Below, piece after piece: positions 27,280-36,085 of a stretch of 57,520 nt of DNA. The translations under genes were made by a program, and so were the position numbers. Within the stretch, counting starts at the first letter, position 1. Every line of letters begins with the position of its first letter. This stretch comes from Chlamydiia bacterium (GTDB lineage: Bacteria > Chlamydiota > Chlamydiia > Chlamydiales > JAYUZV01): the NCBI GenBank assembly GCA_043751475.1, contig JAYUZV010000014.1, forward strand, positions 1 through 57,520, read 5' to 3'. A model generated the notes under the pieces. That model saw only the letters and a list, made by a program, of their open reading frames with translations. It made no database searches and had not been told where the DNA came from.

Positions 27280-28200
27280 CTATTTCTTTTTACGTCTCTG
27301 GACAATATGCTTAAGACTCTTTTTCTTATGACGAGTCTTAAAGCCCTTCGCATAAACGCTTGTAGGCGACATCATCTGAATACCCTTTGTACGCCCTTCA
27401 CCACCACCGTGTGGGTGGTCGACTGGGTTCATGGCAACACCACGTACAGTTGGACGAATACCGAGCCAACGCTTACGTCCTGCTTTACCGATCTGCTGCA
27501 AGTTATGCTCCGCATTGGAGACAATACCAACTGTTGCGCGGCAGTGAGCCGGAACACGCCTTACCTCGCCCGTATTGAGTTTAACGATTGCGTGATCATT
27601 GTCAACACCTGAAAACTGTCCAGAAGTACCCGCAGAACGGATAAGAGCGCCGCCCCTGCCTGGTTTAATCTCGATATTGTGAATTGTAGTACCCACACGC
27701 ATCTCAGAAAGGCGCATTGTTACACCTGGACGAAGATCTTCTTTTAGACCTTTACCATCGCCATAAGAGATGACCTCATCGCCAGCCTTAAGATTTTTTG
27801 GCGCGATAATATATCTCTTTTCTGTGTCTGCGTAGTGCAATAGCGCAATGTGAGCCGATCTATTTGGATCGTATTGGATAGAATCAACGATTGCCACCAC
27901 ATCAAACTTGTCGCGCTTAAAATCAACAAGGCGATATTTGCGCTTGTGACCGCCACCGCAATGACGCGTTGTAATACGACCGACATTGTTACGACCACCG
28001 GTGCTGTGAAGCTTGGATAGCAAACTTTTTTCAGGTTTTACCGCACGCAGAATAGTTCGGGCAACTTTAACCCCATCGCGCATGATATAATCAATCCTCT
28101 TTCCAATACGCGCCACCTGAGGCTTCTTTGTCAACTCAGCGTTGCCAGAAAGATGGGTGTGCCGCAATGAAGGGGTCGTTGGATTAAACTTCTTTAACAT
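27280..28200 (-). CDS. rplB: 50S ribosomal protein L2
   Basis: [23 protein letters not shown] and [15 protein letters not shown] motifs. At 306 aa it has an N-terminal insertion of a kind I also recall in chlamydial L2. Confidence 0.93.
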   Translation of the reverse strand: MLKKFNPTTPSLRHTHLSGNAELTKKPQVARIGKRIDYIMRDGVKVARTILRAVKPEKSLLSKLHSTGGRNNVGRITTRHCGGGHKRKYRLVDFKRDKFDVVAIVDSIQYDPNRSAHIALLHYADTEKRYIIAPKNLKAGDEVISYGDGKGLKEDLRPGVTMRLSEMRVGTTIHNIEIKPGRGGALIRSAGTSGQFSGVDNDHAIVKLNTGEVRRVPAHCRATVGIVSNAEHNLQQIGKAGRKRWLGIRPTVRGVAMNPVDHPHGGGEGRTKGIQMMSPTSVYAKGFKTRHKKKSLKHIVQRRKKK

Positions 28201-28233
28201 TTTTCAATTCCACTAAAAAAAATCTTTTCTCTC

Positions 28234-28542
28234 TTACAGCCCTGCTAGCGCCGGAACATTTTCAACTGGGGTGATAATCGCTTTTTTCCCGCCGGAGGTC
28301 TTTCCGAGGCCATACTTTGTACGCTTTGTTTTTGGAAGCATTGTAAGCGTACAAACTTTTTTTACTTTTACGTTGTAAATCGCCTCAAAAGCTTGTTTAA
28401 TCTCAATCTTGTTGGCGGTTGGACAGACGCGAAAAACAACCTTAGAAACACCGCTGGCAGCTTTTTGCGATCTTTTTACAGACATGGTCTTTTCAGTTAC
28501 AATACGGGATTTAATAATCTGGTAAGGGTTAAATTGGGTCAT
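28234..28542 (-). CDS. rplW: 50S ribosomal protein L23
   Basis: Position between rplD and rplB; IIKSRIVTEKT...VFRVCPTANKIEIKQAFEAIYNVKV pattern. Confidence 0.88.
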   Translation of the reverse strand: MTQFNPYQIIKSRIVTEKTMSVKRSQKAASGVSKVVFRVCPTANKIEIKQAFEAIYNVKVKKVCTLTMLPKTKRTKYGLGKTSGGKKAIITPVENVPALAGL

Positions 28543-28560
28543 CTCTTAACTTCCGTAAAT

Positions 28561-29256
28561 TTAGTTGTTTGTTGGCAAAAAGCCGTGCTGAAGAAGGGAC
28601 TTAAACTCCTCCACCGCATCGACAAGGATAATATGTTCTGCAATAGCAACATTATAGACATTGAGGTTGGCTGTGCGCTTATAACTGAGCTTCTTTTTTT
28701 CACCGCGTTTATCGTTGCAAATATTACGCAGAGAGAGTTCTAAAGCCAGATTCGATTCTTTTCCGAGAATAAGGACATTTTTATTGAAAAGATCCATTTT
28801 TTCTAGAAAGGCATGAGCGATCTTTGTGGACGGCTTATCGTTCTTAAAAACAGGAGTTTCTACAATGGCAACCTTGCCATCTCTAACGCGCTCACTTAAA
28901 AGCTGCTGCAAAGCCAAGCGACGCTGCTTACTATTAACAGCCACATATTGATTGAATTTCGGCTTTGGACCAAAGACAACTCCACCACCCCTGTATTGAG
29001 GAGCAGCAAGAGAACCCTGGCGCGCGCCACCTGTTCCTTTCTGTTTGTGAGGTTTTTTTCCGGTACATCTGACATCTGAACGACCTTGCGTACTGGCGGA
29101 CCATTGACGCTGATTTTCGCGCAGGGCAACAACACACTGCTTAACAAGTGCCTCGTTTACCCTTGGCTGGATAATAGCCTGATCAAGCTCCGCTTTTTCA
29201 GCGAGCTGCTTACCTTGGAAATTATACTTCAACAAACTTGCCACAATTGACTCCAA
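28561..29256 (-). CDS. rplD: 50S ribosomal protein L4
   Basis: KKPHKQKGTGGARQGSLAAPQYRGGGVVFGPKP motif. Confidence 0.92.
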   Translation of the reverse strand: MESIVASLLKYNFQGKQLAEKAELDQAIIQPRVNEALVKQCVVALRENQRQWSASTQGRSDVRCTGKKPHKQKGTGGARQGSLAAPQYRGGGVVFGPKPKFNQYVAVNSKQRRLALQQLLSERVRDGKVAIVETPVFKNDKPSTKIAHAFLEKMDLFNKNVLILGKESNLALELSLRNICNDKRGEKKKLSYKRTANLNVYNVAIAEHIILVDAVEEFKSLLQHGFLPTNN

Positions 29257-29304
29257 ACTTTTTATATTAACCGTTTTTAAAAAAACTAACCACTGAGCAG
29301 ATTT

Positions 29305-29961
29305 TTAATTTAACTTGATCGCTTTTTGAATAAAAACATATTGATTAATAGGACCTGGAACAGATCCGTTAATCAATAAAAGACCGCGCGCAGCATCAAC
29401 CATTACAACCCGAACAGACTGCACGGTAACCTGATCGTTTCCCATATGACTTGGCTGGGGCATGTTTTTAAAGCAGCGACCCGGCGTTGTACGTCCATGT
29501 CCACGAGCACCGGCTTTTCGAAGTGAAAGAGAGTGACCATGAGAAGCGTTACCGCCGCCAAAGTGCTTCATTTTCACGAGCCCCTGAAACCCCTTACCCT
29601 TTGAAAAGGCTGTGACATCCACATATTTGCAGTCCTGAAACTGAGAGACATCGATCGCTTGCCCCTGAGCAAACTCAGCAATATCAGAAACTCGCGCCTC
29701 AAAAAGCTTACCAGGACCTCTTTTTTCTTGAGATTGAAGCGCCCCTACCTTCTCGAGCTTAACTCTCTGAGGTTTGTTGAGGTTCTTCACCTTACAATCA
29801 CCTGTAGCAAGCTGGAGCGCTTCATAACCGTCGTTAGCTTTGGTTTTAATTTGAACAACGGTATTGGGCTCAATTTGAATAACAGTCACACCCATAGGCT
29901 CGCCTTTCTCAGACATGCGTGTAGTCATTCCAATTTTTTTTCCCATCAATCTTAACGCCAT
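29305..29961 (-). CDS. rplC: 50S ribosomal protein L3
   Basis: MALRLMGKKIGMT... L3 N-terminus and KGKGFQGLVKMKHFGGG motif. The start is placed at the ATG at 29961 rather than the ORF-track start at 30018. Confidence 0.9.
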   Translation of the reverse strand: MALRLMGKKIGMTTRMSEKGEPMGVTVIQIEPNTVVQIKTKANDGYEALQLATGDCKVKNLNKPQRVKLEKVGALQSQEKRGPGKLFEARVSDIAEFAQGQAIDVSQFQDCKYVDVTAFSKGKGFQGLVKMKHFGGGNASHGHSLSLRKAGARGHGRTTPGRCFKNMPQPSHMGNDQVTVQSVRVVMVDAARGLLLINGSVPGPINQYVFIQKAIKLN

Positions 29962-30299
29962 CGGTTTTAACCCTAATTTAACTATTTTTTGTGTTGCAAA
30001 CGGAGAGAAGAAAGGCACTAACCCAATTCATGCGCTCGCAGCAAAGTTTTCAGTTGTGTTAGCCTATCAATTTCACCAATTTCCAACAACGAAAATCTTG
30101 ATGACAAGAGCTCCATCCCCTTCAATCAGAGGAAAAACCACTTTCGCCGAGACTCCCCCTTTCCATCATTTTACCCACGCGCAGGCCGACTCTATACTCT
30201 GAAATAAACGAAAAAAGGAGGGTAGAGAGCAACAGAGCAAGCACCAAAAGCGCAAAGAGCCAGTGGGCACCGGAAAGAACTGGCGAGGCCCGAGAATCG

Positions 30300-30959
30300 C
30301 TACTCAAGACGACTCGCCAGATAAGTAATAAAAAGGTCGATCCTGACCAGTAGGGGCGAAATCCCACTAACCACACACGCCGTCACCTCCAAAAGGGAGC
30401 CGAAAAGCGGAAGCACTATCCAGAGAACATCACAGAAAAGAAGGAGGGAGGGCTGAGAAAAGAGAAGAGCTCCGATAGAGAAGAGCGAAATTGCCAAACA
30501 GGAGATGGTAACAGCCATTTGCAGGTAAGAAACGGTCGCTTCTCCGCAAGAAGTGCCCTTACTCGCGCTTATCTCTTGCCGTAGACTTCGCATCGCGCTG
30601 ATCCCAAAACCGATATCTGAAATAAGGGCAAACGGCGTCTTTAAAAAGCCCAGAACAAGCCATCTATTGCGCGCGGCATTGCAAAAAACCCGACTCACGG
30701 CCCCAACAGAGATCATACCGGCAGCAACCGCATCAAACACCCCTCCCGCTCTTATTTTTTGAATAAAATCGTGTAGAGCATGCCCCATAAGAAAAAGACT
30801 ATAGACGAAGAAGGTCACTTTAAAGTGAGTGGAGCCAAAAAGACGGGAGACAAGCATCACAATACGATTATTAAGAGCAGGAGACGAAAAACCAGGGGAT
30901 ACTTTGGGGGGACATTCGGGAACGAAGGAGCTAAAGAACCCAACACTTGCTGCACTCAT
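30300..30959 (-). CDS. hydrophobic membrane protein, Inc-like candidate (219 aa)
   Basis: No recognisable family. It has long hydrophobic blocks (VSYLQMAVTISCLAISLFSIGALLFSQPSLLLFCDVLWIVLPLFGSLL). The ATG overlaps the stop of the upstream gene as ATGA (30956-30959). Confidence 0.6.
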   Translation of the reverse strand: MSAASVGFFSSFVPECPPKVSPGFSSPALNNRIVMLVSRLFGSTHFKVTFFVYSLFLMGHALHDFIQKIRAGGVFDAVAAGMISVGAVSRVFCNAARNRWLVLGFLKTPFALISDIGFGISAMRSLRQEISASKGTSCGEATVSYLQMAVTISCLAISLFSIGALLFSQPSLLLFCDVLWIVLPLFGSLLEVTACVVSGISPLLVRIDLFITYLASRLE

Positions 30960-31708
30960 GCCGAAAAACTCACTGCATCACGGATATTTGCAATTTCAAA
31001 ATAACGGGCAGCGACCCTAAAGACCATCCGGGCGAGCTGCAAGAGCACAATAGGTAAGCAGGTGGCCGCTAGACCGCCTGAAACAGAAAAGAGAGTCGCC
31101 GCAACAAACTGTATCATGTAATAGGCAACCGAAGTGATGGTATAGGCGAGCGCGCACAGAGCCCTTTTCAGCTCACCTTTCTTGGTTTGCGTTTTACCGA
31201 GAGTGACCCAACTTTTTATCTGAATCATCAGGGTAATCGTATCAGAGACCAAAAGCGAGGAGCAGGTCATTACCTGGACAAGAGAACGGATATCACCGAG
31301 GTAGAGCAGTCCGAGCGCATCAAGAACGCTTACAACAGCCGCTAAACAGTACGTAATAGCACACCCATTTTGTATTGTTTCGGTAATATCAAGACTATAT
31401 GCCGCTTGCAAGAACTTATATGCCGCATGCGGAAGCGCAAGCAGATCAAAAGAATCCTCCATAAAACCAGCAAAAAGCGAGACACGCTTTGCCGAATGGA
31501 TCATAGCTGAGTTGAGCTGAATATACTGCCCAGCAAAGAGGAGTGCCTGACAGAGAACATTTGCTGTAAAGGGAGCGCACCCATCTTTTTCGAAGACTTG
31601 AGCAGAATCCTCTGCCCATTCTAGCCATGTGGCTTCTTTGACTATCTCTACCATATTTCTTAAGCCCGTTAATCTATTAAAAAAAGCAGCAGACCAGCTA
31701 TAGACCAA
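30956..31708 (-). CDS. hydrophobic membrane protein, Inc-like candidate (250 aa)
   Basis: It has a bilobed hydrophobic block of about 45 aa (ALCALAYTITSVAYYMIQFVAATLFSVSGGLAATCLPIVLLQLA). It is translationally coupled to 30300..30959. Confidence 0.6.
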   Translation of the reverse strand: MVYSWSAAFFNRLTGLRNMVEIVKEATWLEWAEDSAQVFEKDGCAPFTANVLCQALLFAGQYIQLNSAMIHSAKRVSLFAGFMEDSFDLLALPHAAYKFLQAAYSLDITETIQNGCAITYCLAAVVSVLDALGLLYLGDIRSLVQVMTCSSLLVSDTITLMIQIKSWVTLGKTQTKKGELKRALCALAYTITSVAYYMIQFVAATLFSVSGGLAATCLPIVLLQLARMVFRVAARYFEIANIRDAVSFSA

Positions 31709-31746
31709 CTGATCTGCTAGATAAAATTCAGGTCAAACAAATATCT

Positions 31747-32499
31747 CTATTCCCCAACCTTACGATTCATTTCACTATTGAGATATTTAGCCGTCTCCAT
31801 CATCAGAGCAAGTGTCAGACAGAGGGGGGCTGCAACAACAGTAGTAGCACCGATAGCCAGCGCTTTCATGACCCCAAGAAGACCCACCACAAGATAACAA
31901 ATCTGATTAACAAGAGTCATGATGCTATCCGCAACAACTCCGACTGTTTCAGCCCCAATCTGCGCTTTTAAGAGAACAGCTGTCTTGATAGCCATCACAC
32001 TAAAGCCAATAACCATGCACCACGGCCCAATCTTTTTAATGAGTTCGACAAGGCGCACAGGCACCCTACAGATACTCATCGACTGGACGGCATTTATCGT
32101 ATCATCGACCGTAGAAACTCTGCTCACCGCCCCAACAGCAAATTCGCCAAGAGGACAGAGGATAGCCGTTTCTTCTGCCTTAATTTCTGCGGCAGTTTTG
32201 GTCGCGGCCGGAGCACCTGTAGCAAATTTGTAAGAAGCAACAAAAACATGCTTCCACAATCCTTTGATAACAAAAACTATATCGCCCGGAAGTTTAGTTG
32301 CACCAAGACCGTTTTTTACATTCTTTGCAGCCCCACCAATGCTTTTCCATGCAGGAGAGACGGTTCCACCAAAAGCTTCAATAACCATGACCGGGTAGTA
32401 GGCCCATTTTAAAGCCATCCCTTTATTTTTGTCAGAGATCGAAAAAACAGCTTCTGTAAATCGCAAGGCGGTGGCGGTGGTCGTTTGACATGTAGTCAT
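31747..32499 (-). CDS. hydrophobic membrane protein, Inc/Cap1-like candidate (250 aa)
   Basis: C-terminal bilobed hydrophobic region (ICYLVVGLLGVMKALAIGATTVVAAPLCLTLALMM) and an Ala/Gly/Thr-rich N-terminal half. It lies between fmt and rplC, where C. trachomatis carries CT529 (Cap1) as I recall. Confidence 0.6.
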   Translation of the reverse strand: MTTCQTTTATALRFTEAVFSISDKNKGMALKWAYYPVMVIEAFGGTVSPAWKSIGGAAKNVKNGLGATKLPGDIVFVIKGLWKHVFVASYKFATGAPAATKTAAEIKAEETAILCPLGEFAVGAVSRVSTVDDTINAVQSMSICRVPVRLVELIKKIGPWCMVIGFSVMAIKTAVLLKAQIGAETVGVVADSIMTLVNQICYLVVGLLGVMKALAIGATTVVAAPLCLTLALMMETAKYLNSEMNRKVGE

Positions 32500-32536
32500 T
32501 TCACTTCTCCTAAAAACCTAGTTTTAAAACGACCCA

Positions 32537-32566
32537 ATTGTAGATGAATAGACAATTAAACCGCAA
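32537..32566 (-). promoter_or_regulatory. promoter candidate for the three hydrophobic-protein genes
   Basis: On the minus strand: TTGCGG (32566-32561), 18-nt spacer, TACAAT (32542-32537). It lies about 38 nt upstream of the ATG at 32499. Confidence 0.35.
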
Positions 32567-32658
32567 ACAGTTTTGTTTCCCTCTCGAGGTGCAGGAAGGT
32601 ATATTTTCGATAAAAAATGCGCGAATTTAATTCTATGAATGAATAAATAAAATTTTGT

Positions 32659-33609
32659 TTATTTAATCTTATTTAGGCGATCTGAATACCCATTGACAAA
32701 CTCCTTGTAGAGCGAAGGCGGCTTCCCTTCAAGCTGAATCCTCAGCAACTTTAGCGGACAGGTTCCCGTGCCAATAAGCCCTTCTTTTAGGGCCATTTCT
32801 CCTGGAGAAAGAGGGGGTAATGAGGGGTCGGGATGTGCCTCCAAGATTTTTAACCGCATCTCCTTGCCGTCGATCAGCGCAAGGCAGTAAGAGCCCCTAA
32901 GCGATCTGATTTGAAGGTCGATGTCGCGCGCCCCCTTGGACCAGTCTATGCGATACTCTTCCGGTGTGATTTTAGCTGCAAAGGTGACATCTGCCGGATT
33001 TTGAGCCAGAGCATCTACGCCCGCGGACTCAATTTGCGCTAAAACCTGCGGCAAAAGAGTGCACGCAGCGGCGCACAGAACCTCCTCGAGCTCCGGGAAG
33101 GTCATGCGCTGACCAATCTCGACAATGGCTTTGCCGAGCATGGCACCGGCATCCATCTCGCGCACCATTTCGATAATGGTAACGCCGCTCTCTTGCTCTC
33201 CATTTTGCAACGCACGGTGAATAGGAGCGGCCCCGCGGTATTTTGGCAGCAGACTCGCATGGATATTAATGGCCCCATAGGGGGTTACATCAGGCATATC
33301 TAGTAAATTTTGTTTTAATATTTCGCCATAAGCAACGACAACAAATAGCAAGGGATCTTCCTTGCTTTTCAGTTTTTGAATAGAGGCGATAAATGCCTCG
33401 TCGGAGGAGGCCTTAATGGGCTGATAGACAGGGATCCCGGGAAGGATTTTCTGCGCTACAAGTTTTACAGGAGGAGAGTCGATTTTCTGGCCGCGGCCCT
33501 GTGGCTTATCGGGACGGGTGACAACGCCTACACATGCATAGCCCGCTGCAACAAGGCTCTCAAAGATGCGCGCGGCAAAGGTTGTGGTGCCAAAAAAGAG
33601 AATTCTCAC
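32659..33609 (-). CDS. fmt: methionyl-tRNA formyltransferase
   Basis: MRILFFGTTTFAARIFESL N-terminus, INIHASLLPKYRGAAPI (SLLP motif), and a C-terminal Fmt domain. Confidence 0.92.
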   Translation of the reverse strand: MRILFFGTTTFAARIFESLVAAGYACVGVVTRPDKPQGRGQKIDSPPVKLVAQKILPGIPVYQPIKASSDEAFIASIQKLKSKEDPLLFVVVAYGEILKQNLLDMPDVTPYGAINIHASLLPKYRGAAPIHRALQNGEQESGVTIIEMVREMDAGAMLGKAIVEIGQRMTFPELEEVLCAAACTLLPQVLAQIESAGVDALAQNPADVTFAAKITPEEYRIDWSKGARDIDLQIRSLRGSYCLALIDGKEMRLKILEAHPDPSLPPLSPGEMALKEGLIGTGTCPLKLLRIQLEGKPPSLYKEFVNGYSDRLNKIK

Positions 33610-33635
33610 GGTTTTGCACCCCTATTAAACTCGTG

Positions 33636-34535
33636 CTAGTTTTCCTCTAGACCGCCTTCACGCTCTTCTTCACCTGACACAACCACCACTCCGCGCTTAG
33701 AATTTCTGCAGAAAGCGACCCACTCTTTGACCTGAGGAATTTGCTCGACCTCTTGTTCAACCCTACTAAGGGCCTCTTCAAGTGACAAGCCGCAGCGAAA
33801 TGTCAGTTTGAATGCTTCCGAAAGGCGGCAGCGCTCCTCTAAAGAAAATTGATGGCGCTTAAGGCCTACGAGATTGAGACCACCCAGCTTAAACGGGTCA
33901 CCTCTTCCCAAAGTAAATGGCGGCACATCGCGTCCAATAGCACTATGTCCACCAACCATCGCATATCTACCCACGCGACAAAATTGATGAATTGCCGTAA
34001 GGCCGCCAATAACGGCAAAATCTTCAATGGTGACATATCCGGCGAGAGTTGCGCCGTTAGCCATAATCACATGATCGCCAATTTCACAGTCGTGCGCGAC
34101 ATGGCAATAGGCCATAATATGGCAATGATCCCCAACCTTTACCGTGCTGCCTTCAATAGACGAGGAGTTAATTGTCACATATTCGCGAATGTTACACCCT
34201 CTCCCAATAGAGACATAGGTTGTCTCTCCGCGGTACTTTAAATCTTGTGTTTGCGTGCCAATACTCGCAAAAGGCCAAATGGTTGTACCCTCACCGACAG
34301 TTGTATTGCCATCGAGATAGACGTGCGCCTTAATTATAACACCTTCTTTCAAAACAACGTTTTTCTTAATAACTGTATACGGCTCAATAAGAACATGCGC
34401 TCCAATTTTGGCCCCTTCTTCCACGATAGCGGTGGGGTGGATATTTGCCGTGGAATGGATATTTACTTGCTCATCCAAAAGGCCCGCAGATGAGCTTTGT
34501 GCACTAGAATAAACATCGGAATATTTATGCGACAT
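33636..34535 (-). CDS. lpxA: acyl-ACP--UDP-N-acetylglucosamine O-acyltransferase
   Basis: Left-handed beta-helix hexapeptide repeats (IHPTAIVEEGAKIGAHVLIEPYTVI...) plus a helical C-terminal domain. The start is placed at the ATG at 34535 (MSHKYS...), 19 nt after the fabZ stop. The ORF-track start at 34598 would overlap fabZ. Confidence 0.88.
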   Translation of the reverse strand: MSHKYSDVYSSAQSSSAGLLDEQVNIHSTANIHPTAIVEEGAKIGAHVLIEPYTVIKKNVVLKEGVIIKAHVYLDGNTTVGEGTTIWPFASIGTQTQDLKYRGETTYVSIGRGCNIREYVTINSSSIEGSTVKVGDHCHIMAYCHVAHDCEIGDHVIMANGATLAGYVTIEDFAVIGGLTAIHQFCRVGRYAMVGGHSAIGRDVPPFTLGRGDPFKLGGLNLVGLKRHQFSLEERCRLSEAFKLTFRCGLSLEEALSRVEQEVEQIPQVKEWVAFCRNSKRGVVVVSGEEEREGGLEEN

Positions 34536-34554
34536 ATAACTCCCTCTCCTTTTT

Positions 34555-35034
34555 TTAACTCTGTTTCTCTTGCAGCTGCTCTTTCGAAATACAAGCAAGG
34601 CCTATCTCAACTTCACACACCAGCAGCCCAGCAACAAAAGCTCTGGCCTTAAATTTTCCTCCACGATGACTTGTGTGGATCGCTTCGATATGGAGCTCCA
34701 GCTGATCGCCAGGTATTACTGCTCTGCGAAACTTAGCGCCATCGACGCTCAGCAAAAGGGCGATTTCTTTGAGATCACCGAGAAGATGAGCGAGGACACC
34801 AGAGGCTTGAGCAAGCGCTTCGACAATTAAAACACCAGGCATAACAGGCGCATCTGGGAAGTGCCCCTGAAAAAAATGTTCATTATAGGATACATTTTTA
34901 AGGGCGACAAGCTGCTTTTTCTCGCGATCAAAGTCAATGACTCGATCTAACAGCATAAATGGGTATCTATGAGGAATAATCTTTTTGAGATCTTCGACTA
35001 GCAGTGGTTTAAAACGGCTTGTTAAGGATGTCAT
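34555..35034 (-). CDS. fabZ: 3-hydroxyacyl-ACP dehydratase FabZ
   Basis: HFFQGHFPDAPVMPGVLIVEALAQ hot-dog fold active-site motif. ATGA overlap with the lpxC stop (35031-35034). Confidence 0.93.
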   Translation of the reverse strand: MTSLTSRFKPLLVEDLKKIIPHRYPFMLLDRVIDFDREKKQLVALKNVSYNEHFFQGHFPDAPVMPGVLIVEALAQASGVLAHLLGDLKEIALLLSVDGAKFRRAVIPGDQLELHIEAIHTSHRGGKFKARAFVAGLLVCEVEIGLACISKEQLQEKQS

Positions 35035-35981
35035 TCGCTCTTTGCCTCCAGATGTTTGTAAATTTCTTTTGCAAGCAGGACATTTGCACTGTGCCCAGAT
35101 CTAATAGCAATAATATGCGCCTTAAAAGGCATTCCCACAAGAGAAAGATCTCCGATCAGATCAAGCACTTTATGCCGAACCATCTCATCTGGAAAGCGCG
35201 CGCCCCCCTCGTTCATGATCTGTCCATTTTTGAAAACAAGGGCCGTTTCAAGTGCACCACCGCGGATGAGCCCCCTCTCGATCAGAGGAAATACCTCTTC
35301 GTATTGAGAATAGGTGCGGCAAGGGGCAATTTCTCTGCTGTAAAGGTCAAAATCGCCGTTATAAATATAAAATTGCGACCCGATTTGTGGACAGTGTGGG
35401 TAGTGAATCAGACAGCTGATTTTAAACTCGTCGCACGGAAGAGCGACAAGCTGGGTGTCGCCAAGAGAGACGTGTAGCGGTTTAGTTACCTGATAGATCT
35501 CAACTTCGCTATCCTGCGACTCAACCCCTGCTAGGGCAATTGCCTCAACAAAAGCTCGACTACTGCCATCGGAAATAGGGACCTCTGGACCGTCTATTTC
35601 AATCAGAACATTATCAATTGCGGCCGCTGAAAAAGCAGAGAGAATATGCTCTACTGTACTTACCGAAGCCTCTTTATTTTTAAGAAGTGTAAAACGGAAC
35701 GGAGTTTGCGCATTTGAAAGCGTCGCTGGAATAATAGGCTTACCCGGAAGGTCTACCCTGCGGAAACGAATGCCGCTACCCGGAGGGGCCGGAAGAGCTT
35801 TAATAGAGACAATTTCGCCTAAAAAAAGTGAAATACCGGATAGAGAAAACCCCTTTTTAAGAGTGCGCTGAGCTCTTAATAGCTGACGAGCGCCCATCCC
35901 CATGGAAGAAGTTTGAGCTTCAGTTTTTTCCGCCTGTTCTTTCAGCAAAACGTCCTCAAATAAACTATTTTTAATTTTCAC
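35031..35981 (-). CDS. lpxC: UDP-3-O-acyl-N-acetylglucosamine deacetylase
   Basis: QRTLKKGFSLSGISLFLGE N-terminal pattern, STVEHILSA, and HKVLDLIGDLSL motifs. The true start may be an internal Met codon at 35903 or 35897. Confidence 0.9.
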   Translation of the reverse strand: MKIKNSLFEDVLLKEQAEKTEAQTSSMGMGARQLLRAQRTLKKGFSLSGISLFLGEIVSIKALPAPPGSGIRFRRVDLPGKPIIPATLSNAQTPFRFTLLKNKEASVSTVEHILSAFSAAAIDNVLIEIDGPEVPISDGSSRAFVEAIALAGVESQDSEVEIYQVTKPLHVSLGDTQLVALPCDEFKISCLIHYPHCPQIGSQFYIYNGDFDLYSREIAPCRTYSQYEEVFPLIERGLIRGGALETALVFKNGQIMNEGGARFPDEMVRHKVLDLIGDLSLVGMPFKAHIIAIRSGHSANVLLAKEIYKHLEAKSE

Positions 35982-36085
35982 CTTATATCGCCTATTCTAA
36001 AGCAATTCTTATTTTTAGTCCGCTCTCACTTCACAAACAAACGGGCAGATAGGCCACAAAACAGCTCACACTTTACCAAGGAGGA

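Noticed and set aside
30122-30376. 84-aa minus-strand ORF with one hydrophobic segment between the Inc-like genes and rplC
   Set aside because: It overlaps the 3' end of 30300..30959 by 77 nt in another frame, and no start codon follows that overlap except near its C-terminus. It more likely lies within the untranslated leader/promoter region of the ribosomal operon.
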